Shown here: one piece after another, positions 19,277 to 27,674 of the stretch
How the letters are laid out: each line of letters opens with the position of its first letter
Numbering within the stretch: the first letter of the stretch is position 1
From: a virus
Taxonomy: Duplodnaviria > Caudoviricetes
Direction: 5' to 3' (one strand)
IMG/VR virus record: IMGVR_UViG_3300046615_000451
Span: 19,357 to 83,356 of that record
Length of the DNA: 64,000 nucleotides
The notes under the pieces: model-generated
Database searches by the model: none
What the model saw: only the letters and a program-made list of their open reading frames with translations
Told to the model about the DNA's origin: nothing
Position numbers and translations under genes: made by a program

Positions 19277-19725
19277 ATACCGGAATCGTGCTTGTTGATG
19301 TCGCTGTAAAGGATTTATCAGGGGCTGCGCTTGATTGGGCGGTGGCTCAGGTTGCCCCTCAATGCCAAGGGCTCAAGTGGGAATGGCAAGGCGGCTACTA
19401 CATGGCTGGTAAAGCCCCTGAGACGGGCGATACCTGTGTTTTTATCTGCGGATCAGGCGTTATCACTGCTACGCGCTTGGCTCGCGACCTTGAAGCCCCG
19501 CGCTACAACCCTTCCAGTTCTTGGGCTCAGTGCGGGCCGCTGATCGACAAGTACAAGGCGTGTTTTGCTGCCTATGACTACGGGTATCTGTGTCGGTTGG
19601 CGCATAACGACCTGCACCATGGCCAAGGGAAAGGTCCGGACCATCTTACCGCCGCGTGCCGTGCCATTGTCGCCGCCATCCTTGGCGATATCGTCAAAGT
19701 CCCTGCCTGCCTGGTGATGCCATGA
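19273..19725 (+). CDS. NinX/DUF2591-family protein (paralogue 2)
   Basis: LSGAALDWAVAQ...YNPSSSWAQCGPLI...HLTAACRAIV. Confidence 0.75.
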   Translation: MNTGIVLVDVAVKDLSGAALDWAVAQVAPQCQGLKWEWQGGYYMAGKAPETGDTCVFICGSGVITATRLARDLEAPRYNPSSSWAQCGPLIDKYKACFAAYDYGYLCRLAHNDLHHGQGKGPDHLTAACRAIVAAILGDIVKVPACLVMP

Positions 19726-20087
19726 GAAACCATAATCAAGAATTGTTGACCTTTGCTGCCAAGGCTATTGGCCAAGGCCCGAGCGGCACCTATTACGCTG
19801 CTGGTGGGTGGTCGCCAAGCACAGAGCAGCACTTCAAACCATCCAGTGGCATTGGGGGCGGATGTGACACTTCCGGCTGGGATCCGTTGAACGATGACGG
19901 CGACTGCGCTCGCTTGGAGTCTGCGCTGATGTTGTCCGTGGTGTGGGGTGAGAGCGAGGTAAGCATCCATTACCAGGGCGATACCCTTAGTAGGCAGTCT
20001 TACGCGATGTTCGGCGGTGATCGAAACATGGCTCGCCGCCATGCGACGGTTAACGCTGCCGCCTTGATCGGAGGGGCTATGGCATGA
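19722..20087 (+). CDS. NinX-related protein (divergent paralogue 3)
   Basis: LLTFAAKAIG...WDPLNDDGDCARL...ARRHATVNAAA. Confidence 0.45.
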   Translation: MRNHNQELLTFAAKAIGQGPSGTYYAAGGWSPSTEQHFKPSSGIGGGCDTSGWDPLNDDGDCARLESALMLSVVWGESEVSIHYQGDTLSRQSYAMFGGDRNMARRHATVNAAALIGGAMA

Positions 20088-20440
20088 AGGTGTTCGAAAT
20101 TGAAATGACCGTGACGGCCGTGGTTGCGGCTGAGAGTGAATTTGCAGCTGAGCAGTGGGCGGATCTGAATATGGTCGAGATTTGTAACGGTTCTACAGTG
20201 CTGGCCACCAGTTCCCGCGAAATCACGTCGCGCGCCGAGTTGGACACGGTGGAGAACGGCCAGTGGAACGACGCCCAGCCGTATGGTCTGCCGTCGGGTG
20301 ATAAGCGCCTGATCGTGGACCTGCTGCCGTTCGATCCGACCGCGCCGTATCGCTGTGAGCAGACGGAGGACATGTTTTCGCCTAACCCGGTGACGGCTGG
20401 TATTGACCGCGACACTACTGGAGCGATAGGCCAGCCATGA
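20084..20440 (+). CDS. Hypothetical protein
   Basis: Coupled ORF. Confidence 0.5.
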   Translation: MKVFEIEMTVTAVVAAESEFAAEQWADLNMVEICNGSTVLATSSREITSRAELDTVENGQWNDAQPYGLPSGDKRLIVDLLPFDPTAPYRCEQTEDMFSPNPVTAGIDRDTTGAIGQP

Positions 20441-20655
20441 CTTTCGAGAAAAAGCGGATAGAAAACCCTGTTGTGCTGCTGAGCGATCCGGACGGCGATA
20501 AATTGCGGAAAATCGTCGAAGAAATGGCGCGCAATGAACAGATCGTCTCCTACGAGTACCAGGGCGAAGGCGCTGATGGTCATTCGTACAAGCTGACCAT
20601 GGTGGCGCCGGTTGAATATATCTCCATGACTCAGGTGTTGAAGCGTGAGCCGTAA
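20437..20655 (+). CDS. Hypothetical protein
   Basis: Coupled ORF. Confidence 0.5.
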   Translation: MTFEKKRIENPVVLLSDPDGDKLRKIVEEMARNEQIVSYEYQGEGADGHSYKLTMVAPVEYISMTQVLKREP

Positions 20656-20950
20656 TGTTTACCGCTATGCCGACACCACCATGACGCTGGCCACCTACAA
20701 GGAAGCCGACAAGCTGGCGGGCTTTCGATTGGATCGGCGCAAGCATTACCTGATCGAGGGCAACGAGGTACAGGAGCAAGGCCGGTTCACCATGCGCTGC
20801 TCAGGTTGCTGCTGCGGCTGCGAAATGGGCGGGTGTGGCTGTGGCAACGCTGGGTGTCGGGAGTGTGGCTATACCGGGCGGGCGCGACATGTCGAGTGGG
20901 GGCCGGTGATAAAGCCAGAGTCTGCTATCCATCAAAACAATCGAAATTAA
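20645..20950 (+). CDS. Cys-rich small protein
   Basis: CSGCCCGCEMGGCGCGNAGCREC. Confidence 0.55.
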   Translation: MSRNVYRYADTTMTLATYKEADKLAGFRLDRRKHYLIEGNEVQEQGRFTMRCSGCCCGCEMGGCGCGNAGCRECGYTGRARHVEWGPVIKPESAIHQNNRN

Positions 20951-20959
20951 GAGAGCGAT

Positions 20960-21307
20960 ATGAAAATCAATACAGGCGGTTCAAGCGTAACCATCGACGG
21001 ACGCACGTTCACCGGCAAGAGCATCAGCATTAACGGTGACAAGGTGGTGATCGATGGCGTAGAGCAGGCCGGTTCGTTGGTAGGCCCTGTGAGCGTGACA
21101 GTGAACGGCAACGCTGATTCGGTTGAAACCACGTCGGGCAAGGTCGAGGTCACCGGCACTGTAGGGCGTGTAAAGACCATGAGCGGCGCCGTGCGCTGTG
21201 GGGATGTTCGGGGCGATGTAGGCACCATGTCGGGCGACGTGACCTGTGGATCGGTTGCAGGCAACGCTAAAACCATGTCGGGCGACATCACTGGCTTGCG
21301 CAAGTAG
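20960..21307 (+). CDS. Beta-solenoid repeat protein (DUF4097-like)
   Basis: Repeats TTSGKV, TMSGAV, TMSGDV, TMSGDI. Confidence 0.7.
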   Translation: MKINTGGSSVTIDGRTFTGKSISINGDKVVIDGVEQAGSLVGPVSVTVNGNADSVETTSGKVEVTGTVGRVKTMSGAVRCGDVRGDVGTMSGDVTCGSVAGNAKTMSGDITGLRK

Positions 21308-21322
21308 GGCAACGGATCGTGC

Positions 21323-21350
21323 AAAGGGCGCCCAGGTTGGCGCCCTTTTT
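21323..21350 (+). terminator. Rho-independent terminator
   Basis: AAAGGGCGCC-CAGGTT-GGCGCCCTTTTT. Confidence 0.7.
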
Positions 21351-21367
21351 GTTGGGAAAATGCGGCT

Positions 21368-21904
21368 ATGAGCACAACACGATGGATCAGCGAAGAGCAT
21401 TTGAAGAGCCTGCCGGCGGACATGACGCGGCGGGCGCTGGGTGGCGCTGCCTCGGCCCCCGCGGCCAGGAAGCCAGCGAGCAGAGCCACGGCCAAGGCTG
21501 TGCAGGTTCCGCCGCCGGTGGTGGCGGCCAAGCCCGCCCCAACGGCCAAACAACGCATGCAGGCCAAGGGGCGCTTACCGAAAGGCGTGATGAACGCCAC
21601 CGAAACCAAGTACGCGGCGCACCTGGACGAGCTGAAGCTGGTCGGGGAGGTCGTGTGGTGGCGTTTCGAGCCTATGAAGCTGTTGCTGGCGCCGCTCACT
21701 ACGCTGACGCCTGATTTCATGGTGCAACTGGCTGACGGCATGATCGAGTTTCACGACGTGAAGGGGGCGAAGGCGATCTATGAGGATGACGCTAAGGTCA
21801 AAATGAAGGTGGCGGCCAAGGAGTACCCCTTTGTGTTCCGTGTGGTGTTCCCCAAAGCCAAGCAGGACGGCGGCGGCTGGTTGATTGAGCAGGTTGGTGA
21901 ATGA
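21368..21904 (+). CDS. PD-(D/E)XK endonuclease (DUF1064-like)
   Basis: MNATETKYAAHL...TPDFMV...EFHDVKG...KVKMK. Confidence 0.75.
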   Translation: MSTTRWISEEHLKSLPADMTRRALGGAASAPAARKPASRATAKAVQVPPPVVAAKPAPTAKQRMQAKGRLPKGVMNATETKYAAHLDELKLVGEVVWWRFEPMKLLLAPLTTLTPDFMVQLADGMIEFHDVKGAKAIYEDDAKVKMKVAAKEYPFVFRVVFPKAKQDGGGWLIEQVGE

Positions 21905-22179
21905 GCGGGCCTCAGCCTCCCGAGGTGCTGGCCGCTCACGAACAATACGTTAGCCATATCATGTTATGCGTTGTTTGTTTTGCCCCAAAAAAGCGCCATT
22001 GTCCTACAGGATTGGTATTGCGGGTTGAGTACGACGCCCGGTTTTTAATGACAATTTCCGACCTGCGCTGGCGCCGAATCCTGTTGCAGCGTGAGGTCGA
22101 ACAAAACCCGGCAAACGCAGACGGGCTCAAGGACCGCGTTATAGAGCTGTACAACGAAGAGCAGGGCGAGGCGCAATAG
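21901..22179 (+). CDS. Hypothetical protein (H/C zinc motif)
   Basis: HIMLCVVC...HC. Confidence 0.5.
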   Translation: MSGPQPPEVLAAHEQYVSHIMLCVVCFAPKKRHCPTGLVLRVEYDARFLMTISDLRWRRILLQREVEQNPANADGLKDRVIELYNEEQGEAQ

Positions 22180-22233
22180 GTTGTCAGTTTTCCCGCGTCA
22201 ATAGCTAAGCTCTTGCGCCTTTTTGGCTTGCTA

Positions 22234-22251
22234 AATGTATAGGGATACTTT
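22234..22251. promoter_or_regulatory. AATGTATAGGGAT[A/G]CTTT motif, copy 1
   Basis: Recurs at 32817-32834 and 47420-47437. Confidence 0.6.
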
Positions 22252-22291
22252 CTAATCGCCGACGTTGAGACGTGCCGGGGAGGGTGCTTAG

Positions 22292-23047
22292 ATGGACGGG
22301 GACAAAACAATCGCAGCGGCTACTACAGAGCAGGCAGGCACCACGCCTGGCGATACCCAGCCGTCTGTGCTCTCGCTGTTTTGTGAGTCGGAGGATCTGG
22401 GGGTTGGTGCTGGCAAGAGCGAGCGCCGACGGGCCGAAGAATCCAAGCTGATGGCCGTTGTAGGTGCCAAGCTGCGCCGGGCGCGCAAGGCTGCCGGACT
22501 GAGTGAAAGCGCCGCCGGTCTGGCGCTGGCTCAAGAAGGTATGACCATGATCAGCCTGTACGAGAATGGCCATCGTCTGCCCAGCCTTTCGAATGTGCGT
22601 TTAATGGCACAATTGTACGGTGTGACGACTGATTACATCCTTGATATGCACGACGACATTCTGGCCGAGCCAGAAGAGGGCAATCAGGCGGTACTGCGGG
22701 GGATTATCAGCGCCTCCCTCATGGGCCAGTTTGGTCAGTTCGTAGATGTCATGTCCCGCCGCAACTCCGTAATGATCGAGGCCTTGAGCCTGGATCGCGC
22801 CCTATTGTCCAGCCTGGCCGTCGTCGCCACTGATCTGGTCAGCGCTTTAAACGTCGTCAAAACCCACGCCCCCGAGTTCGAAGAGATTCGCGGAGGTGCA
22901 AAGCTCGTCCGTTTGGTCGGTGAGCTGCATGGGAGTATGTCCGAACAGATTCGCCGGAGAGCGCGAGAGGAAGCCATGGCCGACTACGAGCCGTTTTGTC
23001 TCGCCCCCGAACAGATTGCAAAGCAGGTGCAGCAGCTTTTGTTTTAG
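22292..23047 (+). CDS. XRE-family HTH transcriptional regulator
   Basis: LRRARKAAGLS...MISLYENGHRLPSL..V.LMAQLYGVTTDYIL. Confidence 0.85.
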   Translation: MDGDKTIAAATTEQAGTTPGDTQPSVLSLFCESEDLGVGAGKSERRRAEESKLMAVVGAKLRRARKAAGLSESAAGLALAQEGMTMISLYENGHRLPSLSNVRLMAQLYGVTTDYILDMHDDILAEPEEGNQAVLRGIISASLMGQFGQFVDVMSRRNSVMIEALSLDRALLSSLAVVATDLVSALNVVKTHAPEFEEIRGGAKLVRLVGELHGSMSEQIRRRAREEAMADYEPFCLAPEQIAKQVQQLLF

Positions 23048-23570
23048 ATGGTGGTTTCAGGTGCTGGGGAAGTGGACGCGTATAGCCCTGCGTGGCGTCC
23101 ACTGGCTTGACCAGCTGGTTAACGGGGGCAGTGGTACCCCCATCGGCCTAACTTCGGAGGTCGGTGGGGTGTTTTAAGGGTTACGCATAACCGGAGCGCT
23201 TTGTGAAGAGCGCTGCGGTATGCAGTAGGCCGAAAGGCGAGCAAGCATGGCCGGGGCTTCCTACCGGTTGTAGAGGCGCCAGTAACGCGGGTTGACCATG
23301 CGCCTAAGCGCGTTACCTGCTGCATTTCGAATTTGCGCTCTGCGCGGATAGCTTGGCCTCCTTAAGGGGCATGTGATGCGGTCGCTCGTTGTTGGTGGTC
23401 AGGTGTGCGGTTTGCACTCGGCATATGGCGTCCTTAGACAGTGCGCTGAAACACCACGGCATGGATAACCGACAGGGAGAAAGGTATTACCACCTTTGCG
23501 GCGCCGATCAGTAGCGTTCCCGTTGGCTGATAGTGGTGGGGGTCTACCAGGACCCACGCCCAAAAGAATG

Positions 23571-23594
23571 GCCCGCACTGCGGGCTATTTTTTT
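23571..23594 (+). terminator. Rho-independent terminator upstream of terS
   Basis: GCCCGCA-C-TGCGGGC then T-rich tail. Confidence 0.55.
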
Positions 23595-23665
23595 AACGTA
23601 AGGCGCAAGAAGTTGGCCGCGTTACCACGGCCGATAGCGAACATATTACGCATTAGGGATAGCAG

Positions 23666-24739
23666 ATGCCGCGCAAGCCAGAGACTGAAAAACCTACGGT
23701 GTCGAGGGATGATTTATCCCCGTCCAAGGCTCCCGCGCGCTCTCGAAAACCTGCAAAACCGCGCGCTACTAATGCCGACAAGGTGAAAAGCAGCAAAAAT
23801 CCGGCCACCACGGAAGCAAAAAAGCCCGTGAAAGCTGCTGCTAAACCCGCAGCTAAACGCAAGCCTCGCAGCGCGGCCACGATTGGAAGGACTGCGATCA
23901 AGAACCCGGTAAAGCTCACCCCTAAGGCACAGCAAGCCATTGATATCTCTGCTTTCCAGGGGCTGGACGCTCGACAGGCAAAGTTCGTGGATCTGTGGCT
24001 GGTCACCTACAACGGCGCTCAGTCCTACAGGGACGCGGGTTACAAGTGCAAGAACGATAATGTTGCGCGGGTGGGTGCTCACAAACTGCTAACTAAGGTT
24101 AAAAACCACCCTTATACGCTCGCTCGACAGGTTGAACTGTTCTCACGCACCGCCGATGTGCAAAACCAGATCGTCGCCACCTTTCACGCGGCCTCCTTTG
24201 CCGATCCGCGGGAGCTGGTCGAGTACGTGCGCCGGTGCTGCCGCTATTGCTACGGCATCGATCACAAGTTTCAGCTGCGCCCCAGTGAAATGGAGCGCCG
24301 CCGCCAGCAGTACGAGGCCGACAAAGCCGCTCTCAAGGCCGAGGGAAAGGAAATTGGTGAGTTCGATGAGCTGGGTGGTGTGGGGTACGACGGCAAGAAG
24401 TCGCCCAACTACGATTGCCCCGAGTGCGACGGCGAAGGCGAAGGCCGTGCACTGTTCAAAGACAGCTCCACCCTGTCCCCTGCCGCCCTGACGCTGTACG
24501 AGGGTGTGAAAGAGGGCAAGGACGGTACCGAAATGAAGGTCGCCAGCCAGAAAGGCTATCGCGACTCCCTGGCCAAGCTGTTCAACATGAACGTAGAGCC
24601 GGCTGTAGTGGTGAATGTGGGTATCAGCGAGGAAGAGCTTGAGAAAATCCTGGCGCTTGCCCAGGCGAACACCGAGAAGAATCGCGAGGCCATGGCCGGC
24701 CGCGCCGAAGAGCTGGCCAAGATAGGGATCGTGAATTGA
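23666..24739 (+). CDS. terS: Terminase small subunit with basic N-terminal tail and zinc-binding insert
   Basis: LDARQAKFVDLWLVTYNGAQSYRDAGY HTH; ADPRELVEYVRRCCRYC...CPEC. Confidence 0.8.
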   Translation: MPRKPETEKPTVSRDDLSPSKAPARSRKPAKPRATNADKVKSSKNPATTEAKKPVKAAAKPAAKRKPRSAATIGRTAIKNPVKLTPKAQQAIDISAFQGLDARQAKFVDLWLVTYNGAQSYRDAGYKCKNDNVARVGAHKLLTKVKNHPYTLARQVELFSRTADVQNQIVATFHAASFADPRELVEYVRRCCRYCYGIDHKFQLRPSEMERRRQQYEADKAALKAEGKEIGEFDELGGVGYDGKKSPNYDCPECDGEGEGRALFKDSSTLSPAALTLYEGVKEGKDGTEMKVASQKGYRDSLAKLFNMNVEPAVVVNVGISEEELEKILALAQANTEKNREAMAGRAEELAKIGIVN

Positions 24740-25017
24740 AGCCTTGCAGCCCCACCGCCGACCAGGTGAAGAAATCTCGCGCCACGACCGGCCTGAGCCA
24801 GCGTGAAAGCGCGGAGTTGATCAGTGTCAGCCGTAGAGCCTGGCAGACCTACGAAGACGGCACCGTACCGATGAAAGTCGGCCTGTGGGAGCTGTACCAG
24901 TTCAAAACCGGACAAATATGGGTCCGTCCGTTGCCTTTGAAGGCTCAGAAGCGGGCGACATTACGCCAGGGTAGGCAAGAAAACTTAACGCCATTCAAGG
25001 CTAAGTCACAGGAGTAG
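24736..25017 (+). CDS. XRE-type HTH protein
   Basis: VKKSRATTGLSQRESAELISVSRRAWQTYEDG. Confidence 0.75.
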   Translation: MKPCSPTADQVKKSRATTGLSQRESAELISVSRRAWQTYEDGTVPMKVGLWELYQFKTGQIWVRPLPLKAQKRATLRQGRQENLTPFKAKSQE

Positions 25018-25023
25018 GCATAC

Positions 25024-25683
25024 ATGCAATCACAACAATCAGTAGCTGTTGAGCGTCGTTCACCTGTTGCGGCACCAGGTGCAAGCATCGTGAACGATAT
25101 CGGTCTGTTGAATGCCGGTCAGATCCCGGCCTTCCGGGTGTACCTGGAGGAAAGCGGCCTGCTGGTCCGTGATTCGGCCGGCTCCGGGCAGTTCTTTCAC
25201 GTCCGCCTGCCTGAGTTGCCGCGCTGGTTGGCGATTGAGCGTGGTTGTGGTGGTGCGCCGGTAACGCCGGACGTGCTGCGCCCCTTCGTGGCCAGCTTCC
25301 TCAAGAAGCCATTGGATAGCGCAATTGGTGAAGTCCGGGCCGCCCGTCAATCTGCCGAGCGCGCCGTGGCCCGTGCTGCGCTGGCGCTGCCGGCGTCTGT
25401 TGTCGGTGCCGCCGAGCCTGCCCTGGAGTCGGTCCACGCCACCGTAACGCGAAAATTGCAGGCCGCCGCATCAGAGTCGTGGCGTCAACCTGGCCACGCT
25501 CCTGTCGCCGCCCCTGCCCCCTTATCGCGCTACCTGAGCGACCTGCGCGACGACCTGGCCCTGCATGCGCCGATCAGCCTGCCCGTGAATCCCTCAGCAG
25601 ACGACATGCTCCATAACGCTATTCGCCGCTGGGCTTACGCGGACATGATGCTTGCAACACGCACCGCCAAGGCCGGGGATTAA
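25024..25683 (+). CDS. Hypothetical protein
   Basis: GGAG SD; tiles. Confidence 0.55.
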   Translation: MQSQQSVAVERRSPVAAPGASIVNDIGLLNAGQIPAFRVYLEESGLLVRDSAGSGQFFHVRLPELPRWLAIERGCGGAPVTPDVLRPFVASFLKKPLDSAIGEVRAARQSAERAVARAALALPASVVGAAEPALESVHATVTRKLQAAASESWRQPGHAPVAAPAPLSRYLSDLRDDLALHAPISLPVNPSADDMLHNAIRRWAYADMMLATRTAKAGD

Positions 25684-25701
25684 CCGGGAGAGTACAAGCC
25701 A

Positions 25702-25872
25702 ATGGTTTGCCGTTACTGCGACGGGGCCAGGGTCGTTTGGCGCACAGGTGCGCACGGCCCTTACACCCTGTGCCAGGACTGCAAACGTCGGAACTGTGAG
25801 CGGGGCACGCGCGCCCTGCCTCACGGGCTCCACGAATGCGTCCGCGCCCAACTTCAACTGAAAATGCTGTGA
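25702..25872 (+). CDS. Small zinc-ribbon protein (56 aa, below the track cut-off)
   Basis: Manual translation MVCRYCDG...LCQDC; GGGAG SD. Confidence 0.55.
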   Translation: MVCRYCDGARVVWRTGAHGPYTLCQDCKRRNCERGTRALPHGLHECVRAQLQLKML

Positions 25873-25879
25873 GCCCCAT

Positions 25880-26338
25880 ATGAGCAAGTCACAGAAAACC
25901 CTGTTAGCCGCCACTGAATTGAATCGCGCCACCCGCCTGATGCGGTTGCAGCACGCCAACGCGGTGTTGATCGAGATATCGAAGGTCGGGAACCACACAT
26001 GGGCGAACGAAGCGGGGGACGTGTGCCGCTTGCGCCTCACCATCGACGGCCGCGTGCATTTCCGCGACCACAACCCGGAAACGCCGACCATCGACCTGCA
26101 CAGCACCGCCAAGGGCGCCAACGGCTTCTGGCTGGGGTTTCCCTACAAGGGCTCCGAGGCGCTGGTGCTGCGCGGGCTGCGCGACTATGTGGCGAAGGGG
26201 ACCAAGATTCACCGCACGTTGCTGGTGCCGCTGGTAAACGGCCGCCTGGCTCGTGGGTATACCGCCGCCGACGTGGCGCTGATCGAGGATCGGTTGAAGT
26301 TCGTGCCGATCTTTGTTGAGCCAGGGGCGCGGCCATGA
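25880..26338 (+). CDS. Hypothetical phage protein, paralogue of the 2790-3458 C-terminus
   Basis: ANAVLIEISKVG...GRVHFRD...WLGF...LRDYV..G..I. Confidence 0.55.
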   Translation: MSKSQKTLLAATELNRATRLMRLQHANAVLIEISKVGNHTWANEAGDVCRLRLTIDGRVHFRDHNPETPTIDLHSTAKGANGFWLGFPYKGSEALVLRGLRDYVAKGTKIHRTLLVPLVNGRLARGYTAADVALIEDRLKFVPIFVEPGARP

Positions 26339-26922
26339 TCTTTTTGAATCGCGCTGATTTTGAGTATGCCGCCAAGGAAGCCGGGATTACCGACCTGGAG
26401 CACGACGGCGACGGTTACGCCAGCGCCCACACACAGGCGGCGTATGCGGTCTGGAAGAGCGTGGCATTCCCACTTGGGGATAAGGGTGATGCCCCATTGG
26501 TATGGGTAAACATCCGCGGTGGTAAAGCGGTTGGCCTGTCCACAACGCGCCCGAGCGGGCCTGAGTCGCCGCTATGGCCCAAGCGCCGCGCACAGGGTTG
26601 GGAGCCTTCAAGGCCGCTGCATATCAACGTGCCGGGGGTGAGCCCTGAGGTGATGGCGGTTATCCGTGAGTTACAGCGCCAGCGCCAGGAGGAAGGCTAT
26701 TCGGTTGAAAGCGATATCGAGCAGTACCAGGGCGGGGAGTTGGCGCGGGCGGCGGCGTGCTATGCGATGCAGGCGGCCGGGGTGTATCCGATGCGGTTCG
26801 CCAGCTTCTGGCCATTCAAGTCGAAGATGAAAACATGCCTGCCGGCCGAGTCGCTGACAAAGGCGGTCGCGTTGATCCTGGCCGAGGTTGAGCGCGCCAA
26901 GGCGCAAGGGTCCGCCCGATGA
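26335..26922 (+). CDS. Hypothetical phage protein
   Basis: RQRQEEGY...GELARAAACYA...WP...LTKAVALILAEVER domain common in phages. Confidence 0.6.
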   Translation: MIFLNRADFEYAAKEAGITDLEHDGDGYASAHTQAAYAVWKSVAFPLGDKGDAPLVWVNIRGGKAVGLSTTRPSGPESPLWPKRRAQGWEPSRPLHINVPGVSPEVMAVIRELQRQRQEEGYSVESDIEQYQGGELARAAACYAMQAAGVYPMRFASFWPFKSKMKTCLPAESLTKAVALILAEVERAKAQGSAR

Positions 26923-27608
26923 GCACGGCACCGCTCTACGAGGATGCTCGCTGGCCGGCGTTCATCGCTCGTTACGCCAACGACCTCTGCGCGTTTGCTG
27001 CTGATGTCCTCGGCATGGAGGTAACGCCAGCGCTCGCCCGTACCTACTGCCTCGCCTCACTTCCGGGCTGTCGTGTGTCCATCGCTACTGACATCGATCT
27101 GCATGGAGTCGACGCAATCAGCCCGATGGCGCCTATCGCGATCTGGCGCCTGCTGTGTTGCCCCGAGTCCAGAACCTTGGTGACCATTCCGTTTGGTGGT
27201 GGTCGTGCCCGCAAGCAGCAATACGCGCGTTTACTGACGTGGATGGCCGGGGGCGCCCACAGCTGGTTGCGTGCCTATATCAGTGTTGACGCTACTCAAA
27301 TCCATCTGAGGCGCGAGTATACGGGCGCAAAAATCCTGTTTCTCTGTGCCGATCATAGAAGCCCCGAGAACCTGGCTGGGTTCTTCGGTGATCACATTTG
27401 CTGGCTGATGGAAGCCGCCGAGGACATCCCTGATGCGTGTTTCAGCGTGGCACTCGCGGCGATGCGCAATCCTGGCGCCAGCATGTTGCTCACCAACAAA
27501 CCTTGGCGGGAGTCTGGATTTGCCGCCGACACGCGCGGAAGACTGAGCCGGGACCAGGGTGGATCGTGGGATGTCTGCACCCTGGAAAGCGCGCAAAGCC
27601 AGCAATAA
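26919..27608 (+). CDS. Truncated terminase large-subunit paralogue (ATPase domain only, Walker A/B degenerate)
   Basis: Colinear similarity to the N-terminal about 240 aa of 27675-29240. Confidence 0.85.
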   Translation: MSTAPLYEDARWPAFIARYANDLCAFAADVLGMEVTPALARTYCLASLPGCRVSIATDIDLHGVDAISPMAPIAIWRLLCCPESRTLVTIPFGGGRARKQQYARLLTWMAGGAHSWLRAYISVDATQIHLRREYTGAKILFLCADHRSPENLAGFFGDHICWLMEAAEDIPDACFSVALAAMRNPGASMLLTNKPWRESGFAADTRGRLSRDQGGSWDVCTLESAQSQQ

Positions 27609-27633
27609 GTGCCATCAAATCAAGCAGTAAGGT
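27593..27633 (+). promoter_or_regulatory. Putative late promoter (GCAAAG...TAAGGT) for terL
   Basis: GCAAA box with xAxxxT hexamer exactly 35 nt downstream. Confidence 0.65.
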
Positions 27634-27635
27634 GT

Positions 27636-27659
27636 AAGGGCCGGTAATACGGCCCTTTT
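27636..27659 (+). terminator. Rho-independent terminator between pseudo-terL and terL
   Basis: AAGGGCCG-GTAATA-CGGCCCTTTT. Confidence 0.7.
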
Positions 27660-27674
27660 GCGTTAAGGAATGGC

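Noticed and set aside
23605-23645. GCAAG as a late promoter for terS
   Set aside because: The box is imperfect and the hexamer at the conserved distance (AACATA) lacks the invariant T.
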